This document shows positions 31,913-41,809 of a stretch of DNA of 64,000 nt, piece after piece. The position numbers and the translations under genes are program-made. The notes beneath the pieces are model-generated. The model saw only the letters and a list, made by a program, of their open reading frames with translations. It was not told where the DNA came from and did not search any database. The DNA is from an uncultured Poribacteria bacterium. GTDB lineage: Bacteria; Poribacteria; WGA-4E; WGA-3G. The stretch covers positions 1,728,001-1,792,000 of the forward strand of contig CATQHZ020000001.1 of the NCBI GenBank assembly GCA_958296135.2, read 5' to 3'. Numbering within the stretch: the stretch's first letter is position 1; every line of letters starts with the position of its first letter.

Positions 31913-32791
31913 ATGCCGAAACGAGTTAATAAGGCAATCGAATTGCTTGAAGCAGACCAGCCTGTCTTTTACACGGGCAGTCACACAGGCGCGGATTTGA
32001 ATTACGATGCCGGCCGCGCCATGGCAACAACGTGGGCAGATTATATCAACGTCGGCATGGAGCACGGCAGTTTCGACCTGGGCGGGTTGGACAGTTTCAT
32101 GCGCGGGCTCGCTGATGGCGGGCCGACGAATAGTGGACACCAAACCCCCGCTGTCATCGTTGAATTGCCGGTAGATGGCATCAGCGCAGACGTAATCCGT
32201 GCAAACGGGTGGCAGATGCGGCAACTGCTCGCACGCGGCGTGCATGGACTGCTCCTCTGCCACGCAGAATCGCCAGAGGCGGTGAAGGCGTTTGTCGAAG
32301 CGTGCCGTTATCCGTTCCAAACCATCGGTGTCGGCACGCAATTAGATGTCGGCAGGCGCGGCTCTGCTGGACAAGGCTCCGCCGCACCCATCTGGGGCAT
32401 ATCCGTTGATAAATACTTGGACAAGGCAGACCCGTGGCCGTTGAATCCCAACGGTGAACTGCTGCTTGGGTTGAAGTTTGAGAACAAGCGTGCCTTGGCG
32501 AACGTGGAGATAACGGCGCAGGTGCCAGGCATCGCCTTCGCCGAGTGGGGACCGGGCGATATGAGCATGTCGTTCGGCTATAAAAACCCGCCGAACCCTC
32601 GGCCGCAGGAGCTGCAGGATGCTCACGACCGCGTCTTTGCGGCGTGCAAAGCGGCAGGCATCAAGTTCCTTGAAAGCGCGTCGCCGGACACGATCGAGGC
32701 GAGCATTGATGAAGGCGTACGAATTTGCGGCTCCGGCGAAGAATGTGCCCGCATCGGCCGCGCGTACGCAGGCAGAACGATGCTTGTTTAG
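31913..32791 (+). CDS. HpcH/HpaI aldolase/citrate lyase family protein
   Basis: AGGAG RBS; MEHG, LARGVHG, CRYP, KFEN, EWGPGDMSMSFG. Confidence 0.85.
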   Translation: MPKRVNKAIELLEADQPVFYTGSHTGADLNYDAGRAMATTWADYINVGMEHGSFDLGGLDSFMRGLADGGPTNSGHQTPAVIVELPVDGISADVIRANGWQMRQLLARGVHGLLLCHAESPEAVKAFVEACRYPFQTIGVGTQLDVGRRGSAGQGSAAPIWGISVDKYLDKADPWPLNPNGELLLGLKFENKRALANVEITAQVPGIAFAEWGPGDMSMSFGYKNPPNPRPQELQDAHDRVFAACKAAGIKFLESASPDTIEASIDEGVRICGSGEECARIGRAYAGRTMLV

Positions 32792-32813
32792 TAGAGGTAT
32801 TTCACAAACCCCG

Positions 32814-32840
32814 GTAGGCGCGCTTTCAAAGCGCGCCTAC
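32814..32840. repeat. REP family B (GTAGGCGCGCTTTCAAAGCGCGCCTAC)
   Basis: Near-perfect palindrome; other copies at 2381, ~3780, 4629, 19746, 43606, 44136, 54443. Confidence 0.85.
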
Positions 32841-32857
32841 GGTATGAGAGGTGAACT

Positions 32858-33592
32858 ATGGCATTAACCGAACAAGAAATGTTGGCAGAATTGCGCCAAT
32901 TCGACACCCCGTCAATCACGAATGTGGTTGCCACCTATCCCAAAAGCCCCCTCTGCCTCGGACTTTACAACCCGTGGACAGAGAATTGGTATACCGATAC
33001 CTCAATCAGCTGCATGTATCCGGAACTCGGGGCGATCGCGGGGTATGCAGTGACATGCGTTTACGGCTTGCCCGATCCGAACTTTTCGCGGCTATCCTTT
33101 ATGGATGTCATCGATGCATTGGGTGCCTCGCCGCAACCGACGATTCTGGCGTTTCAGCAGAAGTTCCCGCCAGAAATCGCCGACAAAGTCGGATTAGCCG
33201 GTGGTAACATGACGGCGGCGATGAAAGCGGTAGGCTGTTTGGGGGCAATCTCTAACGGACCTTCGCGCGATATTGACGAAATCCGTCCGATGGAGTTTCA
33301 GTATCTGTTGAGCGGCATCACGCCGGGCCACGGCGATATGGCGGTTCACGCTGTCAACGTCCCTGTCACCATAGCGGGGATGGATGTGGCACCGGGCGAA
33401 ATCATCCACATGGATGAGAATGGCGCGTGCAAGTTTCCGGGCGATAAACTGGAGGCAGTGCTGACGAATGTCAAGGCACTGCTGAAGGAAGAAGGCGACC
33501 GGATTGGGCAGTTGTTGTCAGGACCGAGGACAGCGAAGCAGGTGCGTGCAATCTTCAGTGGGCATTCTTATGCCGAAGATGAGGAGGAATAG
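32858..33592 (+). CDS. RraA/HMG aldolase family protein
   Basis: FDTPSITN, GYAVT, GAISNGPSRDIDE, APGEIIHMDENG. Confidence 0.87.
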   Translation: MALTEQEMLAELRQFDTPSITNVVATYPKSPLCLGLYNPWTENWYTDTSISCMYPELGAIAGYAVTCVYGLPDPNFSRLSFMDVIDALGASPQPTILAFQQKFPPEIADKVGLAGGNMTAAMKAVGCLGAISNGPSRDIDEIRPMEFQYLLSGITPGHGDMAVHAVNVPVTIAGMDVAPGEIIHMDENGACKFPGDKLEAVLTNVKALLKEEGDRIGQLLSGPRTAKQVRAIFSGHSYAEDEEE

Positions 33593-33794
33593 TCCGAAAC
33601 CGGCCCGCCTTTTCGTAGCGCGAGGGCCTGTCCGTCGCGCGCTTTATACCAGATTCATACTGTAGTTCAAGTTCTCCCGATTTTGACCCGTTTGAGATCC
33701 GACGAACTCATCTTAAACTACAGAGGTTGATTGGATTTGACACGGCGGGGGACAGGCCCCCGCCCTCCGTTCCAAAGAGGCCACAGATAGGCAT

Positions 33795-35036
33795 TTATTC
33801 CGATTTACCCGTGCTGCGCCGCGCTTGCCATAACCCCCACAGCAGTGCCGGTATCAGCGGCAATCCCGCCATCCCCCACAGGACGAAACGGATATCCTGA
33901 AACACATCCAGCAGCGCACCGACGATAGCTGTGCCGATACCACCCATCAACGTGAAGAGCGCGAACTCCGTGCCAAAAACGCGTCCCCGAATCTCATTCG
34001 GCACGCTTTGAAGGAGCAACTGCGTTGAAAATACCCACACGATCCCGCCGCCGATGCTCCGGACAAACCCACCGAGAAGCACCATCGGTAAACTTAAAAG
34101 TGGGGCGGCGATAGCCAGGCCAACCGCTCCAATCAGATAGCCGAGGATGATACTGCTGCGGAGTGATTTGTCCCGGTCGCCCGTCCAGTGCCGCGCGAAA
34201 ATGGGGCCGAGCCCGCTGCCAACGCCGTTCACGGCGTACATCCATCCTAAGCTAATCGCGCCGCCGACGCCGATAACAAAGTGCTCTTTGGAAATCGCGA
34301 CTTGGGCTACTTGGAACCCTGCGGATAGCATGAGAGCTATCGCGGCCTTGTGCATCGCGATAAACAGCATATCGGGATGCCGCAGTAGATACCGCAGTGC
34401 TTTGGGCCCGGAACGTGCGCGAGCCCTGTCAGCGTTTGCTCGGCGGCTCGGGAGGTGAATCCCAAGCAGAAATCCCGCTGAAACGAAAAAAGTGAACCCA
34501 TCAATGATAAACGCGGTCTGGATTCCCAAAAGTCCTGTTGTTATGCCGCCGATGGCGGCACCGAGGGCAAGCACCACTGACCAGGTTGAAGCACCGAGGG
34601 CGTTTGCCGTGCCGAGTTCTTGCGGGGACGTTATATCCGGAAGAATAGCACTCCGGGCGGGGCTGAAAAAACCGCTGATTGCAAAGAGAAGCGTTGTGAG
34701 CGTATAGAGCAGCCAGATATCGCTCTCACTGCGCACGAAAAGGAACGTAAAAACGACGAGGGCCCGCGCGATATCTGTAGCGATTAAGAGATACTTTCGG
34801 TTGAACCGGTCGGCACATATTCCGGCAAGGGGTGCCACTGCAAACGGCGCGAGCATCCGAACCGTAAACAGAATACCTACTGCAAGCCCAGAGCCAGTTA
34901 ACTCAGCAATCAGTGCCGCGGAGGCGATGAGATTAAACCAATCTCCTAATAGGCTGACAACCTGCGCAGCCCAGAGCCAGCGAAAGTTTCTATTCCGGCG
35001 GATGAGCGCGCCGTAGCCGACCGGTTTCTTGTTCAT
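33795..35036 (-). CDS. MFS transporter (paralog 1)
   Basis: NRNFRWLW..QVVSLLGDWF, GICADRFNRK motif A, ~12 TM helices; ATG overlaps the upstream TGA. Confidence 0.92.
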   Translation of the reverse strand: MNKKPVGYGALIRRNRNFRWLWAAQVVSLLGDWFNLIASAALIAELTGSGLAVGILFTVRMLAPFAVAPLAGICADRFNRKYLLIATDIARALVVFTFLFVRSESDIWLLYTLTTLLFAISGFFSPARSAILPDITSPQELGTANALGASTWSVVLALGAAIGGITTGLLGIQTAFIIDGFTFFVSAGFLLGIHLPSRRANADRARARSGPKALRYLLRHPDMLFIAMHKAAIALMLSAGFQVAQVAISKEHFVIGVGGAISLGWMYAVNGVGSGLGPIFARHWTGDRDKSLRSSIILGYLIGAVGLAIAAPLLSLPMVLLGGFVRSIGGGIVWVFSTQLLLQSVPNEIRGRVFGTEFALFTLMGGIGTAIVGALLDVFQDIRFVLWGMAGLPLIPALLWGLWQARRSTGKSE

Positions 35037-36298
35037 CGGAGCAATTCTCCTTCCATTTTGTCCGCGCTGCGCCGTGCCTGCCACAACCACCATAGCAACG
35101 CAGGTATCAGCGGCAATCCTGCCATCCCCCACAGGACAAGACGCGCATCCGGAAACACATCCAGCAGCACACCGACGATGGCTGTGCCGATACCCCCCAT
35201 CAACATATAGCATGCGAGTTCTGTCCCGAAGACGCGTCCCCGAATCTCATCCGGCGCGTTTTGGAGGAGCAACTGCGTCGAAAATACCCAGACGGTCGCG
35301 CCGCCCATGCTGCGGACCAGCTCGCCAAGCAGTACCATCGGAAAATTGAAAAGCGGTGCGATGATAGCGACACCCATCGCACCGAGCAGATAGCCGAAGA
35401 TGATGCTGATGCGAAGCGGTTTGTCCCGGTCGCCTGTCCAAAGCCGCGCGAGGATGGGACCGAGGGCACAGCCGATACCGTTCACACAATACATCACGCC
35501 TAAACTGAGAGCACCGCCATCCCCAATGATAAAATAATCCTTGGAAATCTTAACCTGTGCTACCTGAAACCCCGCCGACAGCATGAAGGCGATGGCCGCC
35601 TTGTGCAGCGCAATAAACAGAATGTCAGGGTGCCGGAACAGGTAACGTAACGCTTTCGGTTTGGACGCTGAGAGGCTCCTTTCGGGTTGTGCTGGACGCT
35701 TCGGAAGCCGAAGGCCTAGCAGAAACCCCGCGGAGACGAGAAAGGTGAACCCATCAACGAGAAAGGCGGTGTGGATGCCAAAGAGCCCGGCTGTCACACC
35801 GCCGATAGCGGCACCGAGGGCGAGCATCACCGACCAGGTTATTGCACCGATGGTGTTCGCCGTGCCGAGTTCCTGCGGCGTGGTGATGTCCGGCAGAATC
35901 GCGTTTCGGGCCGGATCGAAGAAGCCGCTCACCGCAAGCAGCAGCGCGGTGAGCGTATAGAGCAGCCAGATATCGCCTGCGTCGCGCACGAAAAGGAGTC
36001 CGAAAACGGTGAGGGCACGCACAATGTCCGTGACGATTAAAATGTGCTTTCGGTTGAACCGGTCGGCGCATATCCCGGCGATAGGTGCCACCGCGAAGGG
36101 CGCGAGCATCCGAAGCATCAGCAGAACACCCACGGCAAAGTTCGAGCCGGTCAACTTACCCATCAGTGCGGCGGCACCTATCATATTAAACCAATCGCCT
36201 AGCATGCTGACGACTTGTCCAAGCCAAAGCCAGCGGAAGTTTCTATTCCGGCGGATGAGCGCGCCATAACCGATAGGTTTCTCGTCCGTTTCCGGCAT
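35033..36298 (-). CDS. MFS transporter (paralog 2)
   Basis: Same motifs; collinear with paralog 1. Confidence 0.92.
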   Translation of the reverse strand: MPETDEKPIGYGALIRRNRNFRWLWLGQVVSMLGDWFNMIGAAALMGKLTGSNFAVGVLLMLRMLAPFAVAPIAGICADRFNRKHILIVTDIVRALTVFGLLFVRDAGDIWLLYTLTALLLAVSGFFDPARNAILPDITTPQELGTANTIGAITWSVMLALGAAIGGVTAGLFGIHTAFLVDGFTFLVSAGFLLGLRLPKRPAQPERSLSASKPKALRYLFRHPDILFIALHKAAIAFMLSAGFQVAQVKISKDYFIIGDGGALSLGVMYCVNGIGCALGPILARLWTGDRDKPLRISIIFGYLLGAMGVAIIAPLFNFPMVLLGELVRSMGGATVWVFSTQLLLQNAPDEIRGRVFGTELACYMLMGGIGTAIVGVLLDVFPDARLVLWGMAGLPLIPALLWWLWQARRSADKMEGELLR

Positions 36299-37486
36299 CT
36301 ACAGTCCCCACCGTGCGTTAATCGGTTTCTGGTAGACTTCAATATCACCCGCCACGACAGCTTCATAATCAACCGCTTGGCCGCAGGCGTTGGATTCGTA
36401 GATTGCCTCGCAGATTGATTTCGCACGGAGCCCGACGGTGGCATCCAGTTCCGGCGGCCGGTTATTCTCCATCGCGTCCACAAAATCGTAGCACTCAAGC
36501 ACCACGCCATCGGTGAAGTTGTGCGGGAAGAGCCGCTGTTGTTCCGCCTCGGATAGGCTTGCCATATAGTCGGCGATGAGGCTCTCCATGGAGTGCCGGC
36601 TTCCATCTTTGAGAATAACTTCCGCGCCATCGAACGGCCCGTGGAAAATGTCGCCATTATCCAGCAAACAGCCTTCACTGCCGTAGTAGACGACGTGATT
36701 GAAACTATGTCCCACCGCCGCCCACGTGCATGTCCACAGCCCGATAACCCCACTTTTGAAGTTGATAGTCGCCACCCACGTATCCTCTTGCTCATTCTTG
36801 ACAAGTTCGCCGTTTTTGGTGACTTGCAGCTCTTCAAATTGACAGACGCGTCCATACACCGTGCTCGGTTCGCCGAAGAGGAAGCGGAGTGTATCGCAAT
36901 AGTGCGCCCCGGAGTCCATCACCATCCCACCGCCGCCGAGGGACAAATCGAGCCGCCAGTGCCATGCGCTCTGTGGTTCTGGTGCGCGATAACTGGCGTG
37001 CTGCGCGCAGAACGTCCGCATCTCGCCGAGTAGCTGCTTATCGTTCATCAGCCACTCCGCTGTGCGGCGGCTCGGCATCCTACGGATGTTCTCCGCTGTC
37101 GCCGCTATCTTGTTATTCGCCCCCGCCGCGGCAATGATTGCATGGCTGGCCTTCACGGTAACGCCCATCGGTTTCTCTACCATGACATTAACACCGGCGT
37201 TAAGGCATTTTACCGCGTTGATATGATGGTGCGCGTGCGACGTGCAGATGTCCACACCATCCAAATCCGCTTTTGCGAGCATCGCATCGGTATCGCTGAA
37301 CACCGCAGGTTTCTTGCCGGTAACCTCTTTGACCCGGGTTGCGAAAGCCTCTGCCCGCTCCTCAACTTCATCGCACATCGCGACGAGCTCTACTTTCCCA
37401 GGTACCTTTTCATGAATTGTGAGATACGCGTTGAGATGGCCGTTCGCCATCCCACCGCATCCGATAATTGCCACTTGGATTGCCAT
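36299..37486 (-). CDS. Gfo/Idh/MocA oxidoreductase
   Basis: AIIGCGGMA, VEKP, DSGAHYCD. Confidence 0.92.
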   Translation of the reverse strand: MAIQVAIIGCGGMANGHLNAYLTIHEKVPGKVELVAMCDEVEERAEAFATRVKEVTGKKPAVFSDTDAMLAKADLDGVDICTSHAHHHINAVKCLNAGVNVMVEKPMGVTVKASHAIIAAAGANNKIAATAENIRRMPSRRTAEWLMNDKQLLGEMRTFCAQHASYRAPEPQSAWHWRLDLSLGGGGMVMDSGAHYCDTLRFLFGEPSTVYGRVCQFEELQVTKNGELVKNEQEDTWVATINFKSGVIGLWTCTWAAVGHSFNHVVYYGSEGCLLDNGDIFHGPFDGAEVILKDGSRHSMESLIADYMASLSEAEQQRLFPHNFTDGVVLECYDFVDAMENNRPPELDATVGLRAKSICEAIYESNACGQAVDYEAVVAGDIEVYQKPINARWGL

Positions 37487-37749
37487 GGAAGTTTCTCCTC
37501 TTTATCTGAGCTAAGGTAGGACTGTGTCACGTTTGAATGTTCTGGTGCTCCGCGTCCACGTAGGTAAAACTCGCCAGCTCTTGACCCGGTTTTCTGCGAA
37601 ATTGCCCCATCTTCCCCAGAATAACCTAAAAATAGAATACCATAGTTCCGTTTTTTTCGCAATTGTGTTTGCGGAAAACACCGGGTGATTGTGTTAAGAG
37701 CGGATGTCTATATCCGCCCTTACAGTTCATTGCTCTAGCGGAAAACAAC

Positions 37750-37779
37750 TTGACACAAAACCGCAATTGATGATATATT
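37750..37779 (+). promoter_or_regulatory. Sigma-70 promoter, probably leaderless transcript
   Basis: TTGACA-N18-TATATT (extended TG) 6 nt before ATG 37786; no RBS. Confidence 0.55.
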
Positions 37780-37785
37780 CGTCAC

Positions 37786-38529
37786 ATGATGACTTCACCA
37801 ACGGAGAAAATCGAGATTTCCCAAACGGATGCAATCGTCACCATCACGCTCAACCGGCCGGCGGTGTTGAACGCGATCGACCGGGAGATGTTAGACGGTT
37901 TGGAGACAATCGTCACGCAACTTCACCGCGATGCCTCCGCGCGCGTCGTGGTACTCACCGGGAGCGGCGAACGTTCGTTCTGCGTCGGCGCGGATTTGAA
38001 ACACATCGCCACTTTTGAAGCAGACGATATTCGGCAGTGGGTTATTGATGGAAACCGAATTTTCAGCAGACTCGCGAGTCTTCCAATGCCGGTCATTGCC
38101 GCGATTAACGGCTACGCCATCGGCGGCGGCTTAGAATTGGCGATGACAGCAGACCTGAGGTTTGCATCCGGCGATGCCAGCTTCAGTTTGCCGGAAGTGA
38201 CGCACGGCTGGGTGCCGGGATGGGGCGGCATGCACCGATTGCTCCACCTCATCGGCGAAGCGAAGGCGAAAGCGCTGGTCCTTCTCGGGGAACGGATTGA
38301 TGCAGAGACAGCGTGTCAACTACACCTGGTCAGTAGGGTTATCAACAAAGTGGATTTGATGGACGCGACGCTTTCGGTTGCAGCATCACTCGCGAGCCAA
38401 AGCCGAATTGCTCTGCAAGCGGCGAAAGCGGCACTAACGCGCACTCCTCTACCGGAGAACGGGTTTGAGGTGAGTTATGAGGCATTCGCATCGTCAACCT
38501 GTTTCACCGCTAGGACTTATACCAAATGA
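37786..38529 (+). CDS. Enoyl-CoA hydratase/isomerase
   Basis: ITLNRP..LNA, FCVGADL, IAAINGYAIGGGLELA, LPEV..G..PGWGG. Confidence 0.93.
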   Translation: MMTSPTEKIEISQTDAIVTITLNRPAVLNAIDREMLDGLETIVTQLHRDASARVVVLTGSGERSFCVGADLKHIATFEADDIRQWVIDGNRIFSRLASLPMPVIAAINGYAIGGGLELAMTADLRFASGDASFSLPEVTHGWVPGWGGMHRLLHLIGEAKAKALVLLGERIDAETACQLHLVSRVINKVDLMDATLSVAASLASQSRIALQAAKAALTRTPLPENGFEVSYEAFASSTCFTARTYTK

Positions 38530-38650
38530 CGTTGATTTGTAAGGGCGAATTTCTATGGTTTCCGCCCTCCTAAAACGCCCGTTCAATACGCGCGCCTAAC
38601 GAAAGGAGCATTCTGCGTAAGTCTTGTGGTTTAAAATCGTAGGTTCTAAA

Positions 38651-40201
38651 ATGGCAGAGAAACCGATTATCACCGCCGATGCGGCGGCACAACTTGTGGA
38701 GAGCAGCGATACCCTCGTCATCGGTGGAAGTGGCGCAGGACACGCAATCCCCGAAACGCTCATCGAGGCACTCGGCAGACGTTTTCGGGCATCCCTCCAA
38801 CCGCGCGATTTGACAGTCGTCCACGTCAGCGGCATGGGCGACCAGGGTGAACGCGGGCTCGGGCACCTTGCCGATGCACGCCTTATCAAGCGCGACATCG
38901 GTGGGCATTGGGGAATGTCGCGCGTGATGACAGCCCTTGCTGTCACAAATCAGATTGAGGCGTATAACCTCCCGCAAGGTGTGTTATCGTGCTTGATGCG
39001 GAGTATCGCTTCTGGCGCGCCGGGTTACATCACGCATGTCGGCTTGCATACCTTCGTCGATCCGCGCCTTGAAGGCGGCAAACTCAACCCCCGCACGACA
39101 GAGGAACTGGTGGAGGTAGTCACCTTGCGAGAGAAGGAATACCTCTTTTATCCCAGTTTTCCGGTGGACATCGCCTTTGTGCGAGGAACAACAGCGGATG
39201 CTGAAGGGAACATCTCCATGGAAGAAGAGGTAGCATATTTCGAGATGCTCTCGGTTGCGCAGGCAGCGAAAAATTCGGGTGGCAAGGTTATCGCGCAAGT
39301 CAAACGGACAGTGCCGAGGCGCGCGCTCGATCCGCGCACGGTAAAAATTCCCGGTATTTTTGTCGACGCGCTAGTCCTCGCGCCTGAACAACAGCAGACT
39401 TACCAGATCGACTATAACCCGGCGTTGTGCGGTGATGCGCGCGATGGCGAACTCAGCATGGGCACTCTCCGTTTTGATGAACGGAAGGTGATTACCAAGC
39501 GCGCCGCGATGGAATTGCGGCCGGATGCCGTTGTCAATCTCGGCTTCGGGATGCCCTTCGGTGTCGGCATGATAGCCGAGGAGAGCGGCATCCGAGACAA
39601 GATTACGTTGAGCATTGAGCAAGGCAGCTTAGGCGGTGTCCCCGCGGGCGGCTTGGATTCCGGGGCGATGTTTTACCCGGTGGCAATCCTCGATCAGCCG
39701 TATCAGTTTGATGCCTATCAGGGCGGCGGAATTGACATTGCTTTTTTGTCGCACGCACAGGTAGATAGACACGGCAATGTCAACGTGAGCAAGTTTGGGA
39801 ATCGCATTCCCGGCTGCGGCGGTTTCATCGATATTTCACAAAATGCGAAGAAGGTGGTTTTCTGTGGCACACTTGCTGTAAAGGCGGAATTAGCAATTCG
39901 TGATGGAAAACTCAACGTGCTTAAGGAAGGCATTGCAAAGTTTGTCAACGACGTGGAGCAGATTACCTTCAGTAGTCGGTATGCGCGAGAGACGGGACAG
40001 GCGGTTTTCTATGTAACGGAGCGCGCCGTGTTTCAACTGACCGGGGCTGGCGTTATCTTGCGAGAAGTCGCGCCGGGGGTGGATATCCAGCGCGATGTTC
40101 TGGATGCGATTGAATTCGCGCCTATCGTTGCGGCTGATGTGGGGAGGATGGATGAAAGGATCTTTGGGGATGTGGCGTTGGCGTTTGAGGATTTTGAATG
40201 A
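38651..40201 (+). CDS. Acyl-CoA:acetate/3-ketoacid CoA transferase (YdiF/Pct-like)
   Basis: YNLPQG, VGLHTFVDPR, RGTTAD..GN, VNLGFGMP, IEQG, GNVNVSKF, GGFIDISQ, YVTERAVF. Confidence 0.92.
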   Translation: MAEKPIITADAAAQLVESSDTLVIGGSGAGHAIPETLIEALGRRFRASLQPRDLTVVHVSGMGDQGERGLGHLADARLIKRDIGGHWGMSRVMTALAVTNQIEAYNLPQGVLSCLMRSIASGAPGYITHVGLHTFVDPRLEGGKLNPRTTEELVEVVTLREKEYLFYPSFPVDIAFVRGTTADAEGNISMEEEVAYFEMLSVAQAAKNSGGKVIAQVKRTVPRRALDPRTVKIPGIFVDALVLAPEQQQTYQIDYNPALCGDARDGELSMGTLRFDERKVITKRAAMELRPDAVVNLGFGMPFGVGMIAEESGIRDKITLSIEQGSLGGVPAGGLDSGAMFYPVAILDQPYQFDAYQGGGIDIAFLSHAQVDRHGNVNVSKFGNRIPGCGGFIDISQNAKKVVFCGTLAVKAELAIRDGKLNVLKEGIAKFVNDVEQITFSSRYARETGQAVFYVTERAVFQLTGAGVILREVAPGVDIQRDVLDAIEFAPIVAADVGRMDERIFGDVALAFEDFE

Positions 40202-40323
40202 TTGGGTGGAAAACGGGCGGAAACCATAGAAATCCGCCCTTACAAATGAAAAGGATAGGAGAAGCGCGAGCGGAAACCCTGAAGGTTAACGCTCGCGTCA
40301 ATAGATAGATTCCGGTCCGAGAA

Positions 40324-40701
40324 CTACGGAAACTCAATCCCCTGTTTCCGGCAGATCTTGCGAATCTTGTTAATGGCCCCGCCAATCTGCTTACCATTGC
40401 GTGTCACACCAAATAGATGCTGACTCACGACACGGCGTGAAATGCCGAGGATAGTCCCAATCTCTTCCTGCGTTTTACCAGCGTAGAAATAGAGTTGGAT
40501 GCACTCCGCTTGGCGCCCGGTCAGCTCTTCGGCGATAATTCGGCGGATCTGTTTGAGGACTTTCCGCCCCTTCGCACGCCGCGCCTTCGCCGATTTGCTG
40601 CTACCGGGCGGCTGATACCAAAGAGCGTCTTCGTTCGTCAGCCGATCGAAGTATTCCGGCGGAACCGAAACCTCCCAGAAATCCGGGTTAAATTTAGGCA
40701 T
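40324..40701 (-). CDS. Stand-alone sigma-70 region 4 HTH protein
   Basis: LTGRQAECIQLYFYAGKTQEEIGTILGISRRVVSQHL...AINKIRK; no region 2; GGGAG RBS. Confidence 0.8.
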   Translation of the reverse strand: MPKFNPDFWEVSVPPEYFDRLTNEDALWYQPPGSSKSAKARRAKGRKVLKQIRRIIAEELTGRQAECIQLYFYAGKTQEEIGTILGISRRVVSQHLFGVTRNGKQIGGAINKIRKICRKQGIEFP

Positions 40702-40759
40702 AGAGAATTCTCCCTCAGCGCGAGGCTGAAGGTGCCTATGCCGTTATGATATGCGTTTA

Positions 40760-40861
40760 TCAATAAGAGGCAGAGGCACCTCGCCTAACACTGAATCTCG
40801 CCTGCCGCGTGCAGGCTTTCCTAGATACGTTCGGGTGAAGTGTCGCTAAGATGGATTGCAT
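40760..40861 (-). CDS. 33-aa upstream ORF / leader peptide candidate
   Basis: AAGGAGGT RBS, then MQSILATLHPNVSRKACTRQARFSVRRGASASY*; lies between the promoter at 40934-40962 and the region-4 gene. Confidence 0.5.
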   Translation of the reverse strand: MQSILATLHPNVSRKACTRQARFSVRRGASASY

Positions 40862-40933
40862 AATAGGTACCTCCTTTTCGTTTTGAACCCGTTCGGGTTA
40901 AAGGTTTATTTCTCGCCAACTTGTAATAGATAA

Positions 40934-40962
40934 ATTCTACCAAAAGCCTGAGAAAAAATCAA
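40934..40962 (-). promoter_or_regulatory. Sigma-70 promoter
   Basis: TTGATT-N17-TAGAAT with extended TG. Confidence 0.6.
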
Positions 40963-41349
40963 GTCGTTAACATCCATAGACATTTTGTCTACGCTGAACT
41001 CGTATCTCTTCAGTTATAGGGCTATAGCGCAGCAGCTTCGGCAAGCCAAGCGGCGCACCGGAAAGATGAGGGCAGAGGGGTTTCAGCCCCCTGCCCCGTC
41101 CGGAAGGGCGCGACACGTAAGCCGCACCACAAGGGCGCGACACTTACGTGTCACACCACCTCTGGTTTGCTAACATAACAAGCACCTCCTTTTCCGCATA
41201 GCGGTACAGGATACCACGCTCATAAAAATGAGCATGATTCACTTATACACCGTCTTGGATGCACTTTTTGCACCTTTCGCAGAAAAAAACGCAAAAAAAA
41301 CATTTTTTTTACTTATCCGGGCAGTAAGGCGCGTGGTTGAGAACCGTGC

Positions 41350-41550
41350 TTACCGGGTTCGTTCTGCGTCCCTCTTGTTAAATAGGCGAGGTTTTGGCAA
41401 GCCGGCTTCAAAAAGATAGGCAAGCTTGGTAAATACAGCACGCTCGCCTGATGAACTATTAACGAACACGAGGAAAAAGTGACTTTCCGGCGTAAATTCG
41501 TAGTCAAAGATCGAGTTGAGATTGGCATCCAGATAAGTGTGCATAACCAT
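41350..41550 (-). CDS. Small hypothetical protein (66 aa)
   Basis: GGAGAG just before ATG; no recognisable motif. Confidence 0.35.
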   Translation of the reverse strand: MVMHTYLDANLNSIFDYEFTPESHFFLVFVNSSSGERAVFTKLAYLFEAGLPKPRLFNKRDAERTR

Positions 41551-41809
41551 CTCTCCAATTGAGAAGTTGTCATTTCTTCCTCGGTATGAACTTCTGTCTT
41601 TCGGGCTCGTCTAATACCAAATTCAGTCGATTTTTCTGGGGCTGTCATCCCCAGTTTTCCGCTGTCGTTTGGGCTCGCCCTGCTTCGCAGGAAACCCGAA
41701 CGGTGGACATCTCGGCAGCGAGGCTGCAGAGATGACAAAGTTGAGCATGCCGGTCAAGAGCCGGCGCATCTCCCCCTACAGAGACGATACGAATCAAGTT
41801 AATTTCATA

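Noticed and set aside
31118-32341. 407-aa minus-strand ORF
   Set aside because: Antisense to the PhyH and aldolase genes and crosses REP repeats; no motifs.
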